Shown: one piece after another, positions 26,921 to 49,500 of the stretch | Layout: every line of letters begins with the position of its first letter | How positions within the stretch are numbered: the stretch's first letter is position 1 | NCBI RefSeq assembly: GCF_000150275.1 | Contig: NW_002060943.1 | Coordinates: forward strand, 10,510,209-10,574,208 | Direction: 5' to 3' | Length of the DNA: 64,000 nt | Source of the DNA: Trichoplax adhaerens | Taxonomy: Eukaryota > Animalia > Placozoa | Notes under the pieces: generated by a model | Database searches by the model: none | What the model saw: the letters and a program-made list of their open reading frames with translations, nothing else | Told to the model about the DNA's origin: nothing | Position numbers and translations under genes: made by a program

Positions 26921-28358
26921 ATGCTGATTTTAAACGATAACAATAATTTAACTACTGTGGTAACAACATCTACTCCTGGTAAGATTTTTGACGACATCAA
27001 TTCTGTTGTAGTGGTTGTATTTACTTCAACATGGTTAATCCTTGGTTCATTGGGTAATATTTCATTGATCACTTTGCTCTTTCTAATGAGTTATAAAAAA
27101 TGGAGCCTGTTCGAGGTTCAGACGCTGTGTTTAGCTATATCAGACCTTGGGCTCATCATTTCTAAGTGAGTAATAAAACGTTGAATTCACTTTTTAGTAA
27201 TTACGGTATACAGGCTTAATTTTTATAATGCAATACTTAGAAAACAGAATATTCGATCATAACTTAGGAACGGATAATAAAATCTACTTTTACTGGATTT
27301 ATATATTAGATTTTATTGCACTACTCGTACAAAAACATTAAATTTATCGTATCTACTTTACTTTCAAGTTTTTTCAAGTTTTTGCAACATTAACGGCAAT
27401 ATTTTTCTATTTTTTAAATAATATGACAGTGCATTGATAATACATATGCTTCGATAGATCTTAATCTTCTATATAAATCTAATGATATTGCATCTTCTAC
27501 CTTAGTGTAATCTTCATTTTTATGTCGATGGGACGAACTCCAATTTATCCGTATAATTCATTTGGTTGTCGAGCAATATTTGGTGCTATGCTTTTCACAG
27601 TTACCGAGAGTATATTTTGCATTACTTGGATAGCTATTTCAAGATATCTTGTAACATCAAATCCTGCCAATTTTAAGAAATATACCAAACTTAAATGGGG
27701 TTTAATATGGATATGTTCGTCTGTGTCATTGACAGCGTTTATAGGATTTATTGCACCGGTTGTTGGATTTTGGGGTAAATTCACATATATGAATAAATCT
27801 GGTATTTGTGCTATGGGGTATCGATTTATAGACGGTGCTAGTTATGCTACTTATGGTCTAGCTTTTACAGGTATCTGTTTCATATTACCAACCGGTATAA
27901 TAATATACTGTTACTTTAACGTATTTAAGATCATTCGAGCAAGTACTGGCCGATTTCAAGCGACAAAGATGGATTCAAGTAATCGCAAAATTGATGCCAG
28001 ACTTACTTTTACAATGTTTATTATTTTTGTTATATATATTATTGCATATTCACCCTATGCATTGGTTCATCTTCTAAGCTTTTTCAATATAATTGAATTA
28101 ACACCGCCGATGATCTATTATTGCATTATTATCTCCTCCAGTAATAATGTTATCGACCCGTACATTATTATTTTTCGTACTGATAAACTTCGAAAATGGT
28201 GGAAGAAAGGTTCGTTATCATCAGGAAATTCGTTGTTGAAAAGGAATAGAAAAATAAGTATTGTAAGTGAAGGGAATGATGAGCATATTACTGTGTCAAC
28301 GAGCAGGACAATTTTTTACTCTAGGAGTCAACATCTTTCGTTAATTCCTTTAGATTGA
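26921..28358 (+). CDS. Class A (rhodopsin-like) GPCR, opsin/melatonin-receptor-like, ~365 aa; exons 26921-27165 and 27506-28358
   Basis: N-terminal NLT sequon, TM1 GN, TM2 LAISD, TM3 Cys and IAISRY, FWGKFTY loop, EL2 Cys, TM5 FILP..IIYCY, TM6 AYSPYA, TM7 NVIDPYII. The phase-2 intron GTGAGT(27166)...CTTAG(27505) joins the two ORFs in frame. Confidence 0.88.
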
Positions 28359-29902
28359 TAAAGCAGAATATTTATTTGTTCGTCTGCCGTATCATTTCAT
28401 AATTAAGGAATGAGCTTGGTTTGCTTAGCTATTCGATGATTTTTAAATGACTTGATACCATTTGATAAACTTTAGAATGGATTACAATAATCATCATAGC
28501 ACTGCATTCGCTGTATCATTACTGTTACTATTTACGCACAATATTAGATTATAATTATGATATTTGAGATATTCTGAAATCATTAACTTCGAAAATATCT
28601 AGTATTTATGTACCTGTATTATCAAATATCTATTAGTAATTATAATAGTTATACGATCACGTGATATGGTTCTACTATAAAACTTTAATTTGTTTACAAG
28701 TAGTGTTGGGGACGTATATTATAATCTGAAGAGATAGAGTTAATTAATATCGGATAGCTACTGTTATAATTCGTTAATTTTTTACCGTTATTATTTATGC
28801 GAAATATCGATAATAATTCTTTAACCAATGCTACATTTTAAATAGAAATGTTGATAATGATGATTAATCATTTGTTAATCATCTAAGTAAGAGATAGGTA
28901 AGAATGCAAGATTATATTCGCCAGTTTCCTTTACAGTATATTAGTAAATATTCCAGGTATGAAGGGTCTGAAATAAAAAAATAGAAGACCTGATACAAGT
29001 AAATACTACTTACTGCTGCTCTTATTTTAGAATTGTAAGATCATGTATTCATATTTTCACAACACGCATCTCTATCATTCTTTATTATATATGTAATTAC
29101 GCGTTACCTTTTTCCGTAGAAATTTAATTTTAGCCATTTTAGCAAATGATCTCTCATTTCAGTATAAAACATAGCATGAGGCTATGCATGATTATCGTGA
29201 TTCATAAAAGTAGATTTAATAAGTTTCATTCATGAACTCGACGGTGATTATTATTGCAGAAAGTTCGTCAAACGTCTGTGTCCGGTCATTGTAGTTACAT
29301 GCATTACACTTTACCTTTATTTTAAGTTAGCTACAAGGTTATATTTTATAGCGATATCTTTATTCAGGCGAAATGTTAGCGACACAGATAAGTACTGTAC
29401 AGGCCTCAAGTTTTAGTTGTAGAAAGCAATTTAGGCGCAGTATTTGCTTTTATTCATTGTGTAATAATTATGAATGTGTTAATGACCAATATTGCGTCAA
29501 GTTGATCATGCAATTGTTATTATTGTTATTATTTAATATACTAATCGTCACATTATATTCCATATTTCAAAGTAAGAAAAGCATAGAATAGAGTTTAATT
29601 GCACCCTAAGATATGATCGTCATGTTCATGTTCTGTTTTCCGTAGGTGATTAAAAATTTATAGCCTACTCGTATACGTATATTTATTTGTATAGGTGAGC
29701 AAGAGTTCAAGATTTTCGTTAGTACATAGCGTAAGACTATTTCTGAACATATCATTGAATAGATTAATCTTCCTGGTCTTGAATAAACTATTGGAGCTTG
29801 GAAGTATCTAAACAGATGTATTAAATGTTAGTAAGCCCGTAAGCTTTTCAATACGGTTTTGGAACGGTCAGGACCGAAATGTAAATGCTGGTACAGTACA
29901 AC

Positions 29903-29923
29903 CAGGGGCTACTAAAAAGAAAG
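29903..29923 (+). mobile_element. Isolated terminal motif of the CATGGACTACTA (P-like) family
   Basis: CAGGGGCTACTAAAAAGAAAG, near-identical to 23006-23025. It could pair with the right end at 30196-30212 to form a ~310-bp element. Confidence 0.4.
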
Positions 29924-30162
29924 AGACGGGATAGGAAACGACTATAGTGCAGAGGCTGATCATTTTTTCGGTCATTCTACTATACTCGTACACTACGGAT
30001 GAAACCGTATACCATACTGCACAAAACCAACTTGGTAAGCTCATAGCTGCTAATTTGGATGTCAACCCCAGTAAAATAATCAGCCTTCATATTATTAGTA
30101 TAAAACTAATATCTCTTACTTGTTCTGACAGTGAAATCTAATACCGGAGCACAGGAACGTGA

Positions 30163-30219
30163 GCTCAGCCTTGTACTACTAAAAAATGACCAGTCTTTTT
30201 TAGTAGTCCATGGCTCAGC
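30163..30219. mobile_element. P-like transposon footprint/micro-element: 17-nt arm + 9-nt filler + 17-nt arm, with 7-bp target duplication
   Basis: GCTCAGC | CTTGTACTACTAAAAAA TGACCAGTC TTTTTTAGTAGTCCATG | GCTCAGC (insert 30170-30212; arms match 15/17). Confidence 0.6.
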
Positions 30220-30717
30220 GCACCCTCCCTGAGTGCTGATATACGTATTCTGTACACATTTTGCTGACTTAATACAGTGCTAATCCGGCCTGTAAACATT
30301 AATACTATATTGTTATTACAGAATAGTATACAGTATGTTGCTGTTGTGCATCACTATCCACAATCTATGAGGCTAATACTAGCAGCAAAGTTCGTAGGTA
30401 CTACTCTCATGTAAGCGTAACAAAAGTAAATTTGTAACCTGCTAAATTTAGGTAATGTCGAATTAACGCAAACACACCAATAGCCATACCAAATGTATAT
30501 GTTATATACAATATAATACTAATACAGTAATACTACATCTAGTACAGGGTAAAATTGTTTTAGAAGATCCTGGTATAGTAATACATCATATTAATACAGA
30601 ATCGAATAAATATACCGAACATAATAGTATCCACTGTCTGAGGATCTCTAGTCTAGACCCTGGTGCATTTCATCTCAGGGACCTCTGACTTTCTTCTTAA
30701 ATAAAAGTCCACGATAT

Positions 30718-30890
30718 TACTGTACACTTGTACAGTATGTGCAGTAGGCCCAGCCATAATAACCCCGATTACTCAGATACTCAGCGTAATCGGGGTTATT
30801 ATGGCTGGGCCTAATGTGCAGTACTGTACAGTACTGTACTCAGTATACTGTACACTGTGCACTGTACAGTACCGTACCGTACCACTGTTC
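30718..30890. repeat. (ACAGT/ACTGT)n tract in the MCM4 promoter, interrupted by the micro-MITE
   Basis: gtactgtacagtactgtactcagtatactgtacactgtgcactgtacagtac at 30821-30872. Confidence 0.85.
30737..30821. mobile_element. 69-bp hAT-type micro-MITE (30745-30813) with perfect 28-bp TIRs and 8-bp TSD
   Basis: ATGTGCAG | TAGGCCCAGCCATAATAACCCCGATTAC - 13 nt - GTAATCGGGGTTATTATGGCTGGGCCTA | ATGTGCAG. The TSD fits the hAT nTnnnnAn pattern. Confidence 0.85.
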
Positions 30891-30960
30891 TGAGCAGTCC
30901 CATAGGCTGTGGTAAAATTTTACAAGTCCCTGATCGTGTGACAAACAAGCTTAAAGATTC

Positions 30961-31052
30961 TTCCCGCGAAATTTGACCACGTGACACCACACAGTCAATT
31001 TAATTGGCATGCTACCTTGGACAATGTACCTCGACAGCCTATTTCGCGGGAA
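30961..31052. promoter_or_regulatory. Inverted pair of E2F sites plus a CACGTG E-box in the MCM4 promoter
   Basis: TTCCCGCGAAAT (30961-30972) and its exact reverse complement ATTTCGCGGGAA (31041-31052); CACGTG at 30978-30983; 220-310 bp upstream of the ATG. Confidence 0.75.
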
Positions 31053-31270
31053 AAATCGATTATACTTGTCATTCGTTGACAGCAATGCGTGAAACAGTAG
31101 AGTATGATCGCTACTTTATTAGGGTCTCTACTACACAAGTTCTTTTCAGTTAGATCCTATCCTTTCTAGAACATTTACGATCTTCACGATTCTTGCCGAC
31201 TGACCAAATCTATAAACGTTAGCGTTTAGTTTTCTGGTTTGCTATACGTCAACATTATTGGCTAGAAATC

Positions 31271-36709
<5,439 letters not shown>

Positions 36710-37309
36710 GCTACCTCTAAATAAATTTAATATATTTAATAATGCAAATTATTATTTCTTTACTCACCAGTCATATAGCTCGTTATAGTATAGCCTTTTT
36801 GTAAAGTCTCAGTTCTCTGATTGTATTTTACAAGTTTGATGACGAATAATGGTAACCGTTATCTATGATATATCATATTATACTTTATTAAGTATTTACT
36901 CAGGTTCAAACATTTGATTGCATCGAAAAATAAATATAATATAAACGAAGACATTGTAAATCTAGACTATTCTTCATCTCAAAAGGTGCAAAGTCAAGGC
37001 TTAAAACTAATCTTAACTACCCTAGATGATAACAGCAATTAAGGGACATATATTTATGTTTTCTTAATGTGATGATAATATGATTCATCAGAACATTACG
37101 CGCTTTGGGATTACTTTGAATTACGTATTCATAGTAAATTACGGCATAAACGTAGGTCAATTTAGAGAGTTAGGAAAATTATGTATTTAGGTAGTATTAA
37201 TATTGGTAAAGGATTACATCTAACTCCCGATATAGCAGAAATTATTAACTGGTACAAGCTATACGGTTATACAATATTCTTTAATCGTCAGCACGCTTAT
37301 TTTGTATCA

Positions 37310-42742
<5,433 letters not shown>

Positions 42743-42849
42743 TTTGCAATAGTGAAGAAATTTTATCTTGGCGACGAAAAGGGAAATCTGCAGCTCTCAG
42801 TTGGTAAAAGATCAGAAGCTAGTAAGTGCGTCAAAGGTCATTACTGACG

Positions 42850-43445
42850 GTACTCTAGCGTACAGTACTGTACACTGTGTACACTGTACAGTACAGTAGG
42901 TACTGTATTGTACTGTACTGTACTGTACTGTACTGGTACGTGACCATAGAGTTAAGACTAAAAAATTACTATGGACGTGACATTTGGCTCGGACGGTCGG
43001 ACAATTCGGCATCAACTATCGTCTACTGTAATACTGTACCGAACACTTCGTTATAATGTCGTTAAAGTTAAACAGATGTTCGATTCTACAGTATAATTCG
43101 CTTGTTTTCTAATTTAAGTAATAATGCTGAACATTGACATTTTTTCTAATTTTACTAAGCTCAGCTTGAAAGCAGCTATAGAACGTCAAAAATATCCCTG
43201 AATAGTTAAAAGAGTGTGCTGTACAGGTGTATCTATTCTACTGTATAGTGCATCTACAGTAGTGATCCATGACAGCATCAAAGTATTCGGTCACCCACGG
43301 GGAATGACCGATTCCCGGGATTGACCGGAACAGTTAGACCTCTGTTATACTGTACTGTACTGTACTGTACAATATAAGCCTACAGTGTACAGTACAGTAC
43401 AGTGCTGTAGTGTACATACTGTACAGTACGGTACCTACTGTTTGT
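42850..43445. repeat. (ACAGT/ACTGT)n tracts in the GPI/GGCT divergent promoter
   Basis: About 7 tandem TACTG units at 42901-42935; further runs at 42861-42898 and 43347-43440. Confidence 0.9.
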
Positions 43446-43616
43446 AATCTCGGCGTATCATGACATCATATCAGCAGTTTATCTAAAGTTTTTGATGAGA
43501 AGTGCTACCCAGTTGACGTCTGCGGTTGCATAAACCTGTCGAATAAATTCAGTTTGACATTACAACTGTTACGAATTATTAAAATAGATTTGCAATATCC
43601 GATCGTAAAAAAGAGA

Positions 43617-44369
43617 ATGGAAGATAATTCCCGTTTTTTATATTTTGGCTATGGCTCCAATATGAGCGGAGATCGACTACGATTAAATTCCCCTTCTGCA
43701 GAATTTTGTTGTATAGCTAAATTAGAGAAGTATAAATTAAGATTTGGTTATAGTAAATATGGTCCAAGCAAGTTATGGCACGGTGCTGTAGCGTCGATTG
43801 TTCCTGACGAAACAGATTACGTCTTCGGAGCTGTTTGGAGCTTGAGCAATGAGAATATGGTAACTTTGGACAGGTTCGGACATAATTATCTCTAATGGTA
43901 GCTATAAAAATAATAAATCTGGTATTGATGCCAGTCATCTTGAAATCGTATAGCACAATTTTCTACATTGAATTCCACAGGTTAAGAATAACTACCTTAA
44001 TTCTCTGTATTAGCACAGATTTGTCGTAGTAATGTACCATGAAATCAAGCAATCCATTATTTTTATCACCTATACTGTAGACAAGAAGGTGTTAGTTTAG
44101 GCATTTATCGACCATTTGAAGTTGAGGTTACGACAATTGAAGGCAAACTAATCAGATGCCGAGTATACGAACTTATCAATCCTCAATTAGGAAATAGGCC
44201 ATCTCCTCAATATCTAGACGTGATTCTTACAGGAGCTCGGCAATTGAAGATTCCTCCCGAGTATTTAAACCGACTGGAGCAGATCGAGCACAATGGTTAT
44301 AGCGGTGAAGTTCATCTTCAAAGGCAGACAGAAGAGAGCGCTCAGAATGCTGATGTTGTAAATAATTAG
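43617..44369 (+). CDS. GGCT: Gamma-glutamylcyclotransferase, 181 aa; exons 43617-43873 and 44081-44369
   Basis: FLYFGYGSNM, WHGAVASIV, VFGAVW, catalytic Glu in LDRQEGV (across a phase-2 intron), CRVY, PSPQYL..ILTGA. TAG at 44367-44369. Confidence 0.9.
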
Positions 44370-45260
44370 CTTTAAATTTAGGACTGAGAGCTAGGAATTG
44401 TGTAAATTTCTTGCTTTTATTCGGTATCTACAGTATATTAAAAACCTAGCCAGTTCAATATCACGAAGGATTGAGTGGAGTCATTGATAAATTGGTTTAC
44501 ACCAATATTTAATATAATAGATTTCTTAATTACCACATAATCTAATCTTGAACATTACTTGAATACTACGATATACTTCAAAATATGTTTTATCTTATTA
44601 TTCGTATGATAATCATTACTATCTTGTGTATAATTCAGAACAGAAACATTGTTTTCTCCAAGTTAAAATCATGCCCATTTATAACAGCTACATAATAGAA
44701 ATTAAAGTTTGAAATAATATCATGCTGAAGAGATATAAATCTACGCTTCGCTATTTATTATTGTAACCGCTAATGAGTAATATCTAAATGAGGAACTTTG
44801 TGACCTCTGATCATTTAAAATTGAAAGTAACGTTATCGTAAAGACAATTACAGATAAAATATATGTGCAACAGCTAGAAATCTTATAAAAGCGAAGGATT
44901 AAGGATAGTTATATGATATAGTTGTGATACACGTAATAATGATAGGTTTTGAGTACAATATGCCAGGTGAACCCCGATCGTTTTAATAATGATACTAAAT
45001 TAACCGCGAATTTCTCCCTTGAGGTAGCTCGTGTACACAGTAGCTATAGTTTAAGATGGATTTGTAATAGTTTGCGGAATTACTCAATCCATTTTATAAA
45101 CAACAGCAATAACTATTGCACAATATCATTACTTGCGGAGCTAAGCTTCTAATAGCGACATACAAGATATTCTAGTATTTCATATACTGGAAGTTAGTTG
45201 TTCTCATGATATCTATGCGACTAATTTAATCTCAGTTAAAGTTGTCGTTAACTGAAATAT

Positions 45261-46137
45261 GTGATAACCAGGGCAGTTTTTTGTTGCAACTTCTCCGCAA
45301 TTTATCGACACAAAACGCAACGAAATGCAACTTTTGAGTCAAATCGCAACAAACTGCAAAAGTAACTTTATGTTATACTTTTGTGTCAATATTCTAAAGA
45401 ACTTGGCTTAAGGCGGCCTATTATTACGCCGACAATCTTCCCACCATTAAAGAAATCGTTAATGGATTCGATGGTGATGGTATACTGGAGAGGAGAGCTA
45501 AAACCGTTGTAAATAAAGACGGTTTGGCAGTAAGTTTATTGGCCATTAATTAAAAGGGACTATTTTTCACTGTCTGCTTTGATAATGAAGACCAAATCGG
45601 TGCAATACAATATTGTAGATGCTTATGCCGACCTTAAAGGTTTGAATTTCGGTCAGGATAAAGCAGGGATTGGTGTTTATTTAACCAGGCGAATAAACGC
45701 TAATGATGATCTGGACAATATAATGCTATTAAAGCGTAACAATGTACCACCCAGCGTATATTTAAAGTTACAGCGATGTCAAGCCACGTTATCAGCGTAA
45801 GAACGTAGCTTTTCGATGCTACGTAAACTATTAGCTAAAGATCAGTATTTCTTGCCTGAAAACGTTCATAAGTACTTATCCTTATACTATAATTATAGCT
45901 GTGAATAAAATTCAATAAAGCTTAACGATACGAACGGATTTCAATTAAACTGAGTATTCCACAGCAACTTTCTATGAATTTTATTGCTAATTTGGATGAA
46001 TACTTTATTTTAGATTACTTTACCAGAAAATTGAACATTTGCAACTTTGCCGGAAAAATTGTAACTTTTCTAAGAAATTGCAACATTTGCAACTTTTCTC
46101 AATAAACTTGCAACCAAAAAATTGCTCTAATGATAAC
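45261..46137 (+). mobile_element. Internally deleted hAT DNA transposon, 861 bp (45269-46129)
   Basis: TIRs CAGGGCAGTTTTTTGTTGCAA versus (rc) TAGAGCAATTTTTTGGTTGCAA. 8-bp TSD GTGATAAC / ATGATAAC (7/8). Clustered GCAAC subterminal repeats at both ends. Internal transposase remnant. Confidence 0.85.
45401..45908 (+). pseudogene. C-terminal fragment of a hAT-family transposase
   Basis: TWLKAAYYYADNLP...(frameshift ~45550)...LQRCQATLSA*ERSFSMLRKLL...NVHKYLSLYYN. Contains the hAT C-terminal ERxFS motif, preceded by an in-frame stop at 45798-45800. Confidence 0.8.
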
Positions 46138-46551
46138 TGCTATACCTTTAATCATTCGTAGATAAATCAATTGTGAATATTCTGTGATCGATAAAGGCAA
46201 ATAATTTCACTAAGTAACATAGCTATTATAGTACAAGCCAAATTCCTATATTAGATCAATTTACTTTTGTTAATACGGTAATATCACAATATTTACTTGT
46301 TCATTTATTTAATTCAATGTACTATTTGCAAAGAAATAATGTTATTTTAAAATAATTTACTCTGATTATTAACATTATCAATAAACAGTTTTATTTTCAG
46401 TAAGAAAATAGTTTAATAATGGTGATTGACTATATAAGCGGTAAACGAAACATAAATAGTATTATACGCAGTGTCAGAAATTGATACAGGTATGCGGTTC
46501 AGTAAAGCCGTTTCTGTATTTTACACTTTGACTGTATTTATTCCAGCATTA

Positions 46552-49500
46552 TTATGATGATACTTTCGGGCTGATTTTCCCGTTTTCTCCTGGTCTTCCG
46601 AAGCGATTAGTGTCTCCAAAACGTAGTAATTGTACAAATGTTTCGACGTCTGTTTTAGTAGTTGCTGGTACTAAGCCGAAATAATCGAATCCCCTTGATA
46701 GGCAGGCTTCTAAAGCCGGGGGATTTATACTTGGATCGATCATTTTAATCACTTCTCTGGCTTCTTCAACGGTAATTTCTCTAATATATGACATTAAAAA
46801 ATTTAAATTATAATCGTAATAACGTATTAATTATATTATTTTAATTGGATAGCCAGAATTGCCTGAAGTTTATTGTTATGTGGCTGAAATATAGTAACAG
46901 CGTAAACACTTTAAATCTGTAGAACAGTAAAGTATATATACTGAGAGCATCTCATGAATTTAGAACAGGCTCCCTACCGTACTAGCATAACTGTCAACAG
47001 TGAATTCATAGCGGATATTATAGATAGAATTAATAGTATAGATAATACTCGTATATTGATTTTTTTACATAAAAATAAATTTATGAAAGTTTATGAACAT
47101 ATTTTCAATAACGTTTTCTTACGATATCATCATGGCAGTTAGAATGCTTCATGGAAAGATGAAAATTTACCGTTTATCGCTTCCTATAGCTTCCTCAATT
47201 TCGCTAATGTAAGCCAATCTATCATCCCACTGTTGTTCCATAATTTTTAACAAGAAAGGACTCAATTTTCCGTCCGCATCCTGTGATATAAATAAAATAC
47301 TCGAATGTCATTGGGATGCACTGGTTATACAGTATAAGAGTAGACATATTCGATATAAAGTAAGTGATGGTAACCGTTAATGGAACTACGTGGTGATAAA
47401 ACTTACCGTTTCGAAAAGTAACATATACTTTATTACATCAGGCGTGTCCTTATCAATGGCTACTTTCGCACCTTCTTCCAATACCGTAAAATCTTTTTCC
47501 GTTTTATTTGCGAAAGATTTTCGAAGAACCTGAGAAAAGTCCTTAATCGATATGCAGCCCTACGAGAGTAAATTTATGACGTAAAAGTAAATATAATTCA
47601 ATTGTGATCAGCATAAAAAATGTAGAATGACTGTATGTTAGTTTTATACACTGCCCTCGAATATGCATATATTAATATTCGTAATTTGGATAAGTGATTT
47701 GTTAATCTTATATGATTTACCTCTTTGGACGAGGATGCTTTTGACATCGCTAATTTTAAGTTTGCAAACATTTGTTGTTGTTTATGGTGAACGATTTCAT
47801 CGACCTGGTTAGCAATCAGACGAGAGCCAATGAGCAAAATCTTATCATAGCTTCCTAGTGAAGTTCATTTATCTGCTTGTTCATAAATTAATCTTTCTAA
47901 TAAACTTTAAATATTTCATATTTAACTGTAAAGCAAACAATTTTTTATAAAAAATACTTTCGATTCATGGTTTAATCTATGCGCAATAGCCACGATCTTA
48001 TAAAATTATAATGGATAGTTATATTCATGGCCAATACACGAGATAATATTAAAACTTTGACGTTGATTATAGCTTGGTGTATTATTGCTATCTTTAGTAA
48101 TTTATGGCTCACCTCTCCGGATAAGATATTATAAAATAAGCCAATTTGTGGGTCCTTACTTAGTCTTTGGCATGCATAGTGTAAATTATAGCCCCATTCA
48201 ACAATCAAATTATCGTCATCATGGCGCTTCTTCAAGTACTCATAAATGAATTCTTGGATATCACTATGATTTCCGTTGGAGTAGTTCTAGCAAGCAAAAT
48301 CCAGTATAGCGTTACGGCTCAGAATGTTGTAGCCTACTAGTCATTGTTTATTAAATTCTAGAGTATTAGCGCTCTGTTTCTTTCAAATTTAAACCTAGTG
48401 ACGGCAGCTAAGATTTGCCTTTATAAATTGATCGCTACAGTTTTTTAAGGATAATTTGCTAAAAAACCTTTGTATCATATTTAGCTTTTTCTTCCCATAA
48501 TTCATTAATGAAATATAGAACATCTTTCTTTTTTGTACGGAAGTTTCTAATTTTTCCTTCATATCTTAAATACCTCGGTATAGACTCATCTAGTCCCTGA
48601 AGTCAAAAATTGTCATGCGATTTTTATATAGTTATCTCAACTATGTAAAAATAAAAATGCATTTGTAACTAAATGATAGTAAATAATATATAAGTATATA
48701 TTACCAGTCCTTCAAAATATTCTACAGCTCCGATGTTAGTTGGATCAGCACCAGCAATTTCAGCCAACAATATATCAACTAACTGATCACTTGTTCTATC
48801 TTGCGATATAACAGTCCATCGCTCATTGCCACCTTCGATATATGGAGCACATTTACTCCAGTCTGGCCTATAAAAGTAACGATTTATAAGTAAAAATAAG
48901 TTGATTGACTAAGTATAAGTAAAAATATTTGTACATATAGAAGCTAACCGCGGTGTTGCCGATCTTCTAAGTATATCACATTCATGTGCAAAATTGTTGC
49001 GTTGATCTAAGACTTGCTTGTATACAGTTTGTAAAGTACTAAACAGGATTATTAACAGTAAATTGAATATCAATACCATAAATAGTAAAAATTTAAAATT
49101 TCTTATTTGGTCAAACTACTTAGCGTCATAATGGTAAAAATTAGAAACCTGTGCTCTTCTGATAATTTAGTAAATTGTTTCTTCAGGTTACTTAAGACAC
49201 TAGTCATTTCCTAAATAGAATTGACAGAAATTGTAGCAGCAGAAAATTATAATTGGTATGTCTAATTTTGATCTTAACATTTCATTTGCGCCATCTAGTA
49301 TGTGTTCAGGCACATATCATCGTAAATTTTTTTAATTATTAACAAAACTTAAAATAAGATTCTTTTGATGTAGAGATTCTATATTTAGATCTAAATTCGC
49401 TCAATATTGTTTAATCTATAAATGGTTGATTTCAAAATATGATCATTACAATGCTTTTCTCTTTTATCTTCTCAAAGTCACGGCGTGGAATGACATCACC

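Noticed and set aside
27545-27784. Antisense ORFs (also 9301-9528, 33044-33226, 43717-43956, 54266-54517, 62494-62823)
   Set aside because: They are shadow frames opposite well-supported exons, with no recognisable domains.
26921-28358. Calling the GPCR a true light-sensing opsin
   Set aside because: There is no lysine at the K296-equivalent position in TM7.
30745-30813. Perfect hairpin as a microRNA precursor or terminator
   Set aside because: The exact 8-bp flanking duplication and TAGG...CCTA ends are better explained by a hAT-type insertion.
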